From Sporopachydermia quercuum (lineage: Eukaryota): 64,000 nt of DNA. The stretch lies in NCBI GenBank assembly GCA_001599295.1, contig BCGN01000001.1, forward strand, positions 1,240,001 through 1,304,000, in the 5' to 3' direction. Positions 1 to 12,300 of the stretch are shown here, one piece after another (position 1 is the stretch's first letter; every line of letters begins with the position of its first letter). A program made the translations under genes and the position numbers. Under the pieces are notes generated by a model that saw only the letters and a program-made list of their open reading frames with translations, did not search any database and had not been told where the DNA came from.

Positions 1-2560
1 GCTTTTTCAATCCAGTCTATCCTACTCTTGATGATACATAACAATGCAGTGATTACCTATAGATTTGAATGAGAAAGAAAGAAAAAAAAAAAAGATAAAT
101 CTCATTTCTATTATTTCTATTTCTTTTTTATTGTTACTATCAAGCAAAAATTGTTGGACTTGTACAAGAGAAATCCATGCTTGATAGAAGTTTTGATACT
201 TGAATATAGTATTTGATTCGTAGTTATGTCGTTATCGTCTTTAGAGTTTATGTATTTTCATATCGTAGCGATAAAAAATGAATATCAAAAAACAAAGCAG
301 TACTTGATAAACTTGTAGAATACACAGTGAAAGGAGAATTATGAGCAAGCTAGTTAGTCCGGCCAAGGTAATGTTGGCATTATGGTTTCTTGTGGAATGA
401 AGCTTCCATTCACTGTCTAGAATGGTATCGATAATTGTATAGACAAGAACCATGAAAACTCCTCTCAATTTATTCAAGCCCCCCTGCGAATTGATCGACA
501 ATATTTTAATTAATGTGTGAAATAAAAAAGTTTGAGGTGCTAACGATGATTGGATGAGTGTATAGGCATAGGTATGGTATATCAAATATATCATGATACA
601 ACTTAGTTAACCCCTGCTAGGAAATGTTTTATTGATTCAAACTGTACGTTTTTACTGTGTGAAAAATGGAAAGCATATTTTCGTAGAATCACAGACACAC
701 TGTTTTGATTTCTCTACTATAAGTCAACCGTAATTGATTTATTCAGTCAAGTGTTTCCTAGATGTGAAAGATGAAAAGTGAACTTCTTAGCTCATTCTAC
801 TCAATCTGGAAGCTTTCTATCTTTGTCTAATTCTTAAATCAACCATTGGAATTTTGATAATCGAATAGTCAACCCAAGTCGTTTGAGCATAATAACCACC
901 TGCTTCTTTCTACTACTCCTACAACGTCACAGAATTTATCAGAGAATAATAGAACTCAGTAAATCTATAACCATTGTTGTACATCTCATAGAACTTATTC
1001 GGACTCGTACTTTGATGAAAGAGTAACCTCTCTTAAACTTAATTATAGTTGGAATTTGTTTATTCTTCTTTCCCTTCCAAGCAAAGTTCACACTCAATTT
1101 AGAGAAAATATCGAAAATGTTTCAAATTTGTTTTACTTTTAACTTTACTTTAGCGAGCGCGTTCAATAGCAAGTCTAATATGGTAGCTACATGACAATGC
1201 ATAGGATACGCGTCAAAAAATGAAAGTTGTGATTAAATACGAGAAAAATGAGTTTGATTTTATGGGAACAAAGAGTTATTGAAATGGTAGAATGAAATCA
1301 TCTGCTAATTCAAAATTTTAGTCAACGCGTTTTTTCTTCCGTTTCAATTCCACCACGCCAAAGGAAATGGAACGAAATGGAACTTCTTTTCATAAATTAG
1401 GAATTATTAAAAGGTGCAAGTAGCTTTCAAAATGCAAAGTGCCAATCCATGATGATCCATTTTTGACTTATTTGTCATTTAATATGTCAAACTCCTAAAT
1501 CGATCGCTTTGGTAAACAACCTGTTTTGGTTGCAGGCTGTCACTTTGAAGAGATCATTAGGACTTGAAATGTGTCGATCCTATTGTAGAAGTTTGGTGCT
1601 TTAAGGTTTTGGATCTTCTCATAGTAAATCCAGCTGTATTGAAATTAATGTGGAAAGAACATCAATAAAAATAGCTTAGAATATTCCAAATCAGAATTGA
1701 GTTTTAAAGTTCGTACTAGGTGGTGGCCTTTTTTAACCTTAATTGACTTTTCAGAACTTTATTTGTCACATTATGAGCTTCCTTGCCCTTAGTCTTAGTT
1801 GACTTTAGCCCATAATAGTCCTATGAGTAGGGTGGTACTTCCAAATCGACTTAACTCGAAAGGAAAAACATAAGAGAGAAGAAAAGAGGTATTTGTAGAA
1901 GTCAATCGGTATTATCATCAATTGGATGATTCCACTACGCTTCAGCATCAATGAATATTCAAGTCAAGCCTTTTTTTGCGGTGGTCATTTCAACATCCAA
2001 AGCAATGATTGATATCAGAACAATGGAGAACTATCAATCGAACCAATATACGATTTGCGAGAATAAAAACTACTACATCCTCTTTAAAACATGCTTGAAT
2101 ATCGAAAAACGCTGTGACCTCATGAGTTCGTCACAATTGCTGTTAAGTTCAAACTATATGGTATGATCTTGTCACGAGGAACACTCTAGAGTCTTTCGTG
2201 AATACTAGCGGTCCTACACTAAAGATTTTTCTTGACATTTTGATTATGTAATCTTCTATCTATTTATTGGAATATGTCTAACACAAACATGACTTTGCTC
2301 ACTTCTGAGTAAGTATGCCGAAAACACATAACTCAGACTCTCTGTTGCAAACAGCCAGCAATTGTCTAATTATCAGTTCCATTACAGTGAATCATACAAA
2401 GTTTCATTGAACAGGTCATAAAACATTCTTTTGAAGTACGTAACATAAATCATGAAATTATATAAAGAAAATGAAAGAAAAACTAGATACCTACTGTAAA
2501 CCAAGGATTGGAAATTGTAAACCATATAAAAAATTTAATCCAAAGAGATGATCAAATTGA

Positions 2561-4273
2561 TTAGGCTTTTGATTCATCAATTGAAGTGCTTGATGACTTT
2601 TCAATGAATTCATCCTTAACTTCGCCCTTAGGATTTGAAAAATCAATTTCTGGCACAGTGTTCTCGGTAAGACCTAGCTCCTCGTAGATTCTGGCCATTC
2701 TAGCATTATCAGCGGCACCAGTGCCGGAATCATCATGGAATAATTCATCAATTTCTTCTAAGGTTCTTCCCTTGGTTTCAGGAAGGAAGAACCATACGTA
2801 GAAAGCACTCAAGAACGAAATGATACCGAAGAAAATGTAAGCACCATAATGCATAGTCTTGAACATATCAGATGTAGCCATTGCAACAGCAAAGTTATTC
2901 AACCAATTTGAAGAGGCACCAATTGAAACACCCTTAGCACGAACACCAAGTGGGAAAACCTCAGAGACGACAATCCAAGCGCAAGGACCCCATGAGTAAC
3001 CGAAATTACAGACGAAAATCCAACAGAAGACGACAGCTACCCAACCGGCACCAGAATGATTATCAAAATCACCCCAGAAAGAACCAGCAATACCAGCATC
3101 AACGAATAAACAAACAGCCATACCCAGTGAACCAGCAATCAATGTCGGTTTTCTTCCCCAGCTGTCAACATACATAACAGTAGGAATAGTGAAGACAAAC
3201 ATACAAATACCGACGACACCAGAGGCTAACAGAGAGATAGAGCTTCCAGTCAATCCTAAATCCTGAAAAATAAATGCTGCATAATAAACGATACCATTGA
3301 CGCCAGACCATTGTTGGAACATCATAGTAAGAACGGCAACTAAGGTTCTCTTTCTTAAGCCTGGATGAACAAAAAGTCTCTTGTATGAGTTGTAACCTAA
3401 TAGGAAGTTTGATTTTCTTGAACCATCTTGATAATCGGGGAATAACTCTCTTGATGTTTCAAGATCGAAGATACGTTGCGCCTTAATTTCTAAAAATTCA
3501 ATTCTAATAGATTCATCGCTGATTGGGAGATTTCGAAGTCTAGCGATGGTCTCCAGGGCTTCTTCTTCAAGTCCTCTATTAACTAACCATCTTGGAGACT
3601 GGGGCATGAACATGATACCAACACCGAGGACGAATGCTGGAGCAATTTGAATACAAATAGGAATCAGCCAAGCAGCATTACTTTGTCCTTCTCCTGTTCC
3701 TCCAATGTAGTTAGTTCCGTAACCAATCCAGTACGAAACCATAATACCAAAAGTAATAGAAAGTTGTTGTAAAGCAACTAGAGCACCTCGAATTTCTGGG
3801 GGTGATAACTCAGCATTGTATAAAGGTACGATCATTGACAAGGAACCTACACCCAGACCAGTGACGAATCTACCTCCATAGATATAGTCAGCGTTTTGAG
3901 CACAGGCTTGTACAATTACACCCACAATGAAGACAACCACACCAACCACGGTACATAGTTTTCTACCAAGAGCATCTGCAAGATAACCATTTGCTAATAC
4001 ACCAACCCAGGCTCCCAGTTCCAAAATTGAAGTCAATAGACCTCTTGTGGTTGGATTGCTGATGTTTTCGACATGAATCCTTTGCTGGAAAGAATGCATA
4101 TTCATGATTTGACCAAACATACCTTGGTTATAACCATAAACAAAACCACCAAGGGATGCAAAAATTGCGATAGCGAAAACCTTAGCATTATTGAATAGAC
4201 CTTTGACACCTACTGGCTTGTCTCCCCTTTTACTAGCTAAGGCAGAGATTGGTTGTGAACTAACAGCAACCAT
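2561..4273 (-). CDS. MFS sugar porter, XUT1/XUT3-like putative pentose (xylose) transporter, copy A
   Basis: 570-aa multi-TM ORF with sugar-porter motifs (ADALGRK, PQSPRWL, QQWSGVN, VDSWGRK, PETKG). FASLGGFVYGYNQGMFGQI, GLLTSILELGAWVG and YGTNYIGGTG resemble Scheffersomyces stipitis Xut1 as I recall it. Substrate is inferred from family and neighbours. Confidence 0.9.
   Translation of the reverse strand: MVAVSSQPISALASKRGDKPVGVKGLFNNAKVFAIAIFASLGGFVYGYNQGMFGQIMNMHSFQQRIHVENISNPTTRGLLTSILELGAWVGVLANGYLADALGRKLCTVVGVVVFIVGVIVQACAQNADYIYGGRFVTGLGVGSLSMIVPLYNAELSPPEIRGALVALQQLSITFGIMVSYWIGYGTNYIGGTGEGQSNAAWLIPICIQIAPAFVLGVGIMFMPQSPRWLVNRGLEEEALETIARLRNLPISDESIRIEFLEIKAQRIFDLETSRELFPDYQDGSRKSNFLLGYNSYKRLFVHPGLRKRTLVAVLTMMFQQWSGVNGIVYYAAFIFQDLGLTGSSISLLASGVVGICMFVFTIPTVMYVDSWGRKPTLIAGSLGMAVCLFVDAGIAGSFWGDFDNHSGAGWVAVVFCWIFVCNFGYSWGPCAWIVVSEVFPLGVRAKGVSIGASSNWLNNFAVAMATSDMFKTMHYGAYIFFGIISFLSAFYVWFFLPETKGRTLEEIDELFHDDSGTGAADNARMARIYEELGLTENTVPEIDFSNPKGEVKDEFIEKSSSTSIDESKA
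3761..4048. repeat. 288-bp block identical to 8787-9074 (transporter paralogues)
   Basis: By-eye comparison shows a constant offset of 5026 and no mismatch. Further identical blocks are 3680-3741 = 8706-8767 and 4092-4165 = 9118-9191. Confidence 0.9.
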
Positions 4274-4589
4274 TATTAATTAGATAGTATGTGAATGAGT
4301 TTGAATAGATTAAAAAAAAATCCGCGAGTTATAGTTCACTAAGGATAATGGGTGATGAGTAGTTCAATTCAAGTAAATGAATCGAAATTTGTATGAAATT
4401 TAAAATGTATTATCAAAATTTTGACTTGAGTCGATTTGAATTTTTAAAGTAAGAAAGAAAAACCTTTTATTTTTTAAGGATTCTGAATTGATTTGATGAA
4501 ACTAGGGAGGGATTATGGCGTATTTATAACCAGAAGGCTATTAAATCTTTTTGTTATCAATCAAGGGGGAAATAACTGACCATTTACCT

Positions 4590-4614
4590 TTATTCTGGGG
4601 AAATCTGGGGAAAT
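4590..4614 (+). promoter_or_regulatory. Tandem Mig1/CreA-type sites upstream of transporter A
   Basis: TTATTCTGGGG AAATCTGGGG AAAT: two SYGGRG cores with AT-rich 5' flanks, about 320 bp upstream of the ATG and just distal to a TATAAATA (minus strand, 4521-4528). Confidence 0.6.
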
Positions 4615-7589
4615 TTCAACGGCTATTTGTTATGATTAAAGAGGGAATAATAGGTTGATTTTTATCAGTAGTTTTCGAGTCTTCGTTTGAACTTTGGTGA
4701 AGATTTGTACGTAAAGGACTTATATCCGGAGTTTTAAATTGAGAATTGAGCCCAGTTTGAAATGTAAAAAGTAAATCATACCGTTAGACGTTATAAATCT
4801 GAACTTTACTACGTTAGTATGCGGCTAATATAAAAAATTAATGTTTACTGAATCTGGTATAGATAAACTTTATTGAGAGTGATGGGGTGGAATAATGAAG
4901 ACTACTGTTGAGTTAGTAGTATTAGTGATGACATGCTTTGAGTCTGAAATCTGGGAAGGAAAAACCTAGGTTTATTGATTTTATTGTAAAACCAATGCTT
5001 AATGAATCAGTTTTACTGAAAGAAACAAAAATTGTTACGGAAATCACCATCAGTATTGCAATCTGTGTACTCAGGAAGGTAAAAGAAATCATCATCTTAT
5101 TATTTAGGTTGATATAAAGCCGCTCCGTACACTTACTGTTTTACTGATGCTTAATAAACTAAGCCTAAGGGACAGTATTGGAATGAGAAATCTACTATCA
5201 ACAAAATCACCTATGACCAACTTTGAATGATTTCTGTGAATCAAGTCTAAATTGTGTTTCTGAGATGTTCTTGTGTTCTTGTTTGGTACAATGATTTGTT
5301 ACTACGACATTTGAAACGACCTTCTAGTTCTATGATAAACGTTGAGAGATGACACAAAACTGATTAATCGAAATACTCTTCATCTGAATGAATAGATCAA
5401 TAAACTCCCATAAATTAGACAACTATGTTACTTCGGTTTAAAAAAATATATTCATTTGGCTCCCTTATTTGAGATCAAAAGAAAAGGGTTCATCTTTTAT
5501 TTTCACCCTTGTTTCAATCCTTTTCTTATTACTTGTGATAGAGAAAAAACTTACTGTTGGCTAGCATGGTTCACATAATTCAACTCCACTTCATAACCGA
5601 AGTAGCTCATCGGCTTCCCAATAGAAAAAGCTTCACTTATTTTGAGTGAAGTTAGTTCTTGGTTTATTCCGGGTACTGCTCTCAATTATTTTAAAGTGTT
5701 TCTGAAGTTGAAAATGAATCGATGAATTGTTCCGCGATTGAAACTTAAGAATTGTTTCAACCATTACGATCATTAGGTATAAAATCCTCATTAGAGAGTG
5801 CCGTGCAATTGCTTTTATAAATATAAGAATTTACTCTACAGTCCAGGAATTTGAACGTTCAGTTGTAGAGCTATAGAAAAATATGTCCTATATAAAAAGT
5901 TACATTCGCCAGATCATAACAAATGTTTGAGATTAATAGATAAACCAGTTACTAGTTGTATATACAATACTTGATTCCCACTTTGTTTTACCACAGAATA
6001 TGTTATCAAATCAAAAGTAAATAGTTCTGAGATTGTTTGATTCACAGTTGCTGTATTTAGATACCAGGTTGTAATTGAAAATAGAAAATACATTTATATC
6101 AAGGGATATACCGAGAAGTTTGGTCAAATAACTTTATGGATATAAAAACAAAACTCGCTCCTTTCGTAACAACAATCTACCCTGTGGGAAGTCAAAACTT
6201 CCCCAATCTTTCGGTTAAACAAAATCAACTGTAGCTAATCAAAGAGATTTCTTGCAAGAAGTCATTCAATTTTCTGGATTTCTCTCTTACCTAAATAGCC
6301 ATTGTTATAAGACAATAGAAAACAATAAATATATTAGGAGAAACTTTTGAAAGATTACTTGTCATGGGTATAAATAGATCATGAAGCTTATATAAGTTCC
6401 ATATAGTGAAATGACCCGAGAGAATGAGAAACAAACTTAAGATTGAGCTTAATTAAGTAAGAGAATAGGCTGTATGGCCCATAATGCGAATCAAATAAAG
6501 ATCACCTTTCACTGGGTTGACTAGCCTGAATTTCTTTTTGTAGTATATTAATTAAGAAGTATATTGAAAAACAAGAGATATATTACAACCACACAATTTT
6601 TTGCTATCCGCTGAATTAAACATGGCTATTTGATTAAGTACTTGATTATGATCCTTCTTTACCATCCTGTATCATGAACAGATTTCTAGCGATCTAACCA
6701 ACTAAATGAACTGGTAAATCTGTGACAAGAAGCAGCTCATTGACAATTACTTACTGGTTTCTATCAGAACTAACAAAACATAAACAAGTACGTAAAATAG
6801 AAGTTCCCTGGAGTAACTTCATAATCAGCTACAGACAATATTCATTGATGAAGTATAGTCATTTTGCTAGTGAGTATGTCGTGGATGAATTGTAAGAGAA
6901 GATCGGTTGAAATAGTTACGTACAAAAACTAAGCATCTGTAATAAAGTTAAGTTAGTAAGGGCTATTTCAAACTGTTCCTATGGATTATTCCGAAACTCT
7001 ATTTTTGCAGGCTTCGTCTATTCTCTTACCGTATTTCGTATACTTATCATCTCAACTGAAAATGAAACATTGATCGGGCCTCTATATATGAGTTGGGTAG
7101 AAATAGAGGGCACAAGCATATCTCACCTCTTGACCTGAGAAATGGGAATTGGTTTTGCTTTTATGCTAACGTGACAGGAATAATCCCTAGAGAAAAACTG
7201 ACAAGCAAGTAGTACTTAAAGAGTACTCCTATTTCATTTCCACAGAAGTCCTAAGGCATAGTTACCGTCCCTTATTCTATATAAAATAAAAATAAAATAA
7301 AACTAAGTGACAGAATAGCTCGAAAATACCAAAAAGTGGTTTTTGTGATCGTAAGATGGTATATTTTGTTTTCATGAGAATATCGATCCTGACTTGGTTT
7401 TCAGCAAAAGCCCGACAGTAACTAATACAGGAGGTTTGACTTTCTACAAGGTCTTTTATAGAGTATATGTTAATTAAATAAGTGTGAAATCATAATATAA
7501 CATCGTAAAAGAAAAAATTAGATCGTAAATGTTTAATAATACAACAGAAATCGTAGCATGCATGCATGTCTTCATGATTATATATATAA

Positions 7590-9305
7590 TTATGCTTTTT
7601 CATTAGCTTCGCTAGAATTGATACTGCCATTATCATGAGAAGTACTTGGCTTGACGCTGACGTTATAATATGAATCTGGTAAGGTATTTCCAACAAATCC
7701 CATTTCTTCCCAAATTCTAACCATTCTCGCAGCATCAGCAGCACCAATACCGGAATCATCTCTGAATAACATATCCATTTCTTCAAGAGTCTTATTCTTA
7801 GTTTCAGGAACAAAGAAAAAAATGTAGGCACCGCCTAATAGACAGAAGCAACCGAACCAAATGTAAGCACCATATCTCCATGAGGCAATCATATCAGAAG
7901 TTGACATTGCAACAACAAAGTTGTTCAACCAATTTGAAGAGGCACCAATTGAAACACCCTTTGCTCTGTAGGCCAATGGGAAAACTTCGGAAACGACAAC
8001 CCAAGCACAAGGACCCCATGAGTAACCGAAATTAACAACATAAATCCAAATGAATACAACAGCTACCCAACCGGCACCGGAATGATCGTCGAAAGAGTAC
8101 CAAAATGAACCAGAGATACCAGCAACAATAAAATGACAAATGGCCATACCAATAGAACCAGTGATCAGAGTCTTCTTCCTACCAAAATTATCAACAAACA
8201 GAACAGTTGGAATAGTAGCAAGGAAGTTAACAATACCGACAACACCAGAAGCTAACAAAGAAATGGTATTACCAGTTAATCCTAAATCTTGGAAAATAAA
8301 TGGTGCATAGTATAAAATAGCATTAATACCAGACCATTGTTGGAACAACATAGTAAGCACTGCAACTAAGGTTCTCTTTCTCAAACCAGGATGAACAAAC
8401 AATGCCTTGTAGTCGTTGTAACCAATCAAAAAGTTAGATCTTCTTGAACCATCTTGATAATCTGGATACTTTTCTCTTGCTGATTCAACGTCAAAAACAT
8501 GTTGAGCCTTCATTTCTAAAAATTCAATTTTAATTAATTCATCATCAGCCGACCTGTCTCTAAGGTAACAAATAGTGTCTAAAGCTTCTTGTTCACGGTT
8601 TTGGTCCATGAGCCATCTTGGAGATTGGGGCATAAACATAATACCAAAACCAAGGATCAATGCAGGAGCAATTTGAATACAAATAGGAATCAACCAAGCA
8701 GCATCACTTTGTCCTTCTCCTGTTCCTCCAATGTAGTTAGTTCCGTAACCAATCCAGTACGAAACCAGAATACCAAAAGTAATGGCAAGTTGTTGTAAAG
8801 CAACTAGAGCACCTCGAATTTCTGGGGGTGATAACTCAGCATTGTATAAAGGTACGATCATTGACAAGGAACCTACACCCAGACCAGTGACGAATCTACC
8901 TCCATAGATATAGTCAGCGTTTTGAGCACAGGCTTGTACAATTACACCCACAATGAAGACAACCACACCAACCACGGTACATAGTTTTCTACCAAGAGCA
9001 TCTGCAAGATAACCATTTGCTAATACACCAACCCAGGCTCCCAGTTCCAAAATTGAAGTCAATAGACCTCTTGTAGTGGGATCTCGGATCGTTTCAACGT
9101 CAATCTGNTGTTGAAAGGAATGCATATTCATGATTTGACCAAACATACCTTGGTTATAACCATAAACAAAACCACCAAGGGATGCAAAAATGGCAATAAG
9201 AGAAACTTTTTTGTTTGAAGCAAAAGCATGGAAGCCAACTTTTCCAGCAATAGCAGCCCGCTTGTCAGCAAGACCTTTCGGTAATGTGCCCTCTAATTCA
9301 GTCAT
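7590..9305 (-). CDS. MFS sugar porter, XUT1/XUT3-like putative pentose (xylose) transporter, copy B
   Basis: 571-aa tandem paralogue of 2561-4273 with the same motifs. The N-terminus KRAAIAGKVG resembles Xut1. It contains one ambiguous base (n). TATATAAA lies on the minus strand at 9543-9550. Confidence 0.9.
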   Translation of the reverse strand: MTELEGTLPKGLADKRAAIAGKVGFHAFASNKKVSLIAIFASLGGFVYGYNQGMFGQIMNMHSFQXQIDVETIRDPTTRGLLTSILELGAWVGVLANGYLADALGRKLCTVVGVVVFIVGVIVQACAQNADYIYGGRFVTGLGVGSLSMIVPLYNAELSPPEIRGALVALQQLAITFGILVSYWIGYGTNYIGGTGEGQSDAAWLIPICIQIAPALILGFGIMFMPQSPRWLMDQNREQEALDTICYLRDRSADDELIKIEFLEMKAQHVFDVESAREKYPDYQDGSRRSNFLIGYNDYKALFVHPGLRKRTLVAVLTMLFQQWSGINAILYYAPFIFQDLGLTGNTISLLASGVVGIVNFLATIPTVLFVDNFGRKKTLITGSIGMAICHFIVAGISGSFWYSFDDHSGAGWVAVVFIWIYVVNFGYSWGPCAWVVVSEVFPLAYRAKGVSIGASSNWLNNFVVAMSTSDMIASWRYGAYIWFGCFCLLGGAYIFFFVPETKNKTLEEMDMLFRDDSGIGAADAARMVRIWEEMGFVGNTLPDSYYNVSVKPSTSHDNGSINSSEANEKA

Positions 9306-12300
9306 TATGAGGATATAGGGCTATATGTGTTATTTGTAATATTTTTTCTTCCAGTAGAATATGGAATATTTATAGTAAATGTGAATAGTAGTTTTTGATT
9401 TATCCTTTAAGGGGATTTAGTCTCTAGAAGTGTTTGTTTATAAGTCGTAGTCAATCAAATATTGATTTAATAGTATATGAATGAAAATAAGTAAGAATAG
9501 GAATATAAGTAAAACTGGTGTGAACATAGAGAAGAAAACCTCTTTATATACTTTTTAAATATGACCATTCTTTTAGACGTAGATATTATAATAAACTGTA
9601 AATTGAAGGAGCGGAAGAACAAGCACTTCGACTCGAAAGTTCAATGAATACTAATTGTAGTGATTAAGTGAGCCAAACGAAGTAAGGTTTAGACACTGGA
9701 AAAACTATTGAATCTTATTTTTATTTCAGTAGTTATCTTGGTAATAAAGTTTTCTACTATTACCATTTTCATGTCTATCCCTGACTCACTAGTCCAGGTC
9801 ACACCAATGACGAAGGCTAAAGGGTCTGTGTTTACCTCGTTCGCTCGGAGCTCTATTAATAGGAAAGTGTCTGTTCCATTCTCCCCACCTTTACCAGATA
9901 TTTAAGATTATACTTGGTTTTTCAGTTCGTGCCCCATGTATTTTACATGGTTGTTAACTATGAAAGGGGGTAGAGTGAGTTTTAGGAGTTGGAGTGTCTC
10001 GTTTATTGGCTTAACCATCCTTTTCACTAATGTTTTCTAAAATTTCTATTTCGGAAGAATTACTTGGTTTCTCAACAGTATTATTCTAGTTAAAGTTTAT
10101 CATTGAATCAAGCTACATAGCAACCACCATTAAATCTTGTATTTAGATTATTCTTAACTGGCTTAACGGGAATTCTAGTACATCCTAACTCTTTGTAGTT
10201 TCTTCCTTCCCCATTTACTTACTCTCAACCCCATAAAACTTAACAGGGTCTGCGTCGTTCTTTATTACCCCAGATTAATAATTCGGAGCTTTAAGGTTAG
10301 CATGAAACCCTATTAAGGTTTGATTCTTCATTCATCATATGCTTGTTGTTGCACCTCTAACCAACTCAATGCATCACCGAATGATGTCGAAAAGAAAGAA
10401 AAAGAAAGAAATGCATAAAGGAACTTTAATAACAAGGATATCAACGGAAAAAATCGTTCTGGTTAGCTGATATTGAATAAAATGTAGTAGGTGTTGCTAT
10501 ATAGTCGCTTCAGATTGGGAAGTCAATGAAGATTTTTGAACTGTGTATCTGAGGGGGAAATATAAGAGTAGTAAGTCTTGTAATGCCAAATGAAATCTTT
10601 CGTTGCATATGTATAAAACTGAAATCTGCTTATTTTATCCTTTGATAGAGAGTCCGTTAATAGATTTGAATGTTACTTATTGCTATCATTCTTAGCTACC
10701 ATCACGCCTGTCCAATACCATGTCTACCATATCTTGCTTCGAAAATATGAAGTTAGGACTTGATATGTTTTCTTTCAAAACCTTCCCATAAATGTCTGAA
10801 ACGGTAACTACTCACCCACGAATGAGTATAGCTTTCCTCTGGCTTTTTTTATACCCCTACATAATTGTGCTGAATATCGATTAAATGCTCAGTTATTGGA
10901 TTATACGAGAATATTACTCTTGGACGTTAGTTAGAAGATAGGAACCGTTTCCCAGTTTTTTCATAGCTTAATAATAAAGTGGAGTAATTCAACTACGTCC
11001 TAAATATATCAACATCTTCTGATACTTAGATGTCACACATCAAATCGCAACGATACAAATTAAATATACAGATATATTTGGTAACATAGGAAAAATACCT
11101 TTCATAGAAAATGTTCCATAGATGATTAATTCTTAAACAAATAAATGTTATCATTAGTTTTGAGGGGAACTTTGCTGCTACGTTATAGTACCAGGTTATA
11201 CACTGAACTAATGAATCTGATTTCCAGTCACCAATTGACCCTTGTAGCCATTGTCTGAGTTCCCTAATTGACGATAGGACTTCAAAGAGCATGGTACCAT
11301 GGATGTGAATTGTATGTACATCGAATCAGTAATCTTCATATAGCCACTCAATTCAATTCCGTAGAATTTTAGAAATTAAGATACATCTTACAATTAGCAT
11401 TTAATAATAGACATATCGAATCATTTTTGGTGACAACAGTAATGCTATAATCAAATTGTAAAACGGACAAACCATCACTCTTCTATGGATTTCCTATCAC
11501 CAAATTACTGTCCAACATAAGGAAGCGATCATACCGGAGTAAAGCTTCATTTGATAATATGAACCTAAATAATACTCTCTTGAAAATGGATGCTAGCCAA
11601 GATATGATGTCATGAAATCATTCCTGTTCTACATGGAAGTTCTTAGATTCAAAGCTTCATATTGATGTTCCGATGGCCCAAACTAAGCCTTGTCAAACTC
11701 GAAAAAATTAGGGTGATGCTGAAAATTTTGAGAAAGGGTCTGAGGAGATGAGGTTTTGCTGCAATGGTCCTCGTTTTGAATAATAACACCTGAACGTTAA
11801 CAAGATGTGCTTGTATCAAAAAAAGGAAGAAACAGTTGAACAAAGTACTGTTAGCTTAACTCAAACTTGAAAACAAGCAATCATTATTTTTGGTAATCGA
11901 AGTATTATATTATGAACTTTTGATTTTGATGAAGGTATTCAAGAATTCTCTCAGGTGATTCATAGAGTTTTAGCGTGGAGTCAGGAAATAAAACATTTCC
12001 ATCATTTAAACTTAATCTTGTAAGGCTAAGGCAACATAAAGTTTGAACTTTAAAAATAGTTTTTCCGGTTTTCATAATATGAGGGGTCTGGCATTCGAAG
12101 CTGAAATAGTGAATCGAAACAATAATTTTTTGGGGTCAAATCATCAGAAAGTCGTGAGATTATAAAACCTTCAAATGACTGAAATTAGCTAATAAGTATT
12201 TCTTGACATTAAAGTTGCTGCTTTTGACATTTTAGTAAGCTTTCAACTGAAACCACTGCGGAACAACCGTTTCGTTCTTAATTTCGTAACTTTTCATGTC

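Noticed and set aside
241..2166. Short ORFs 241-594 and 1951-2166
   Set aside because: AT-rich, no recognisable motif or codon bias; probably spurious.
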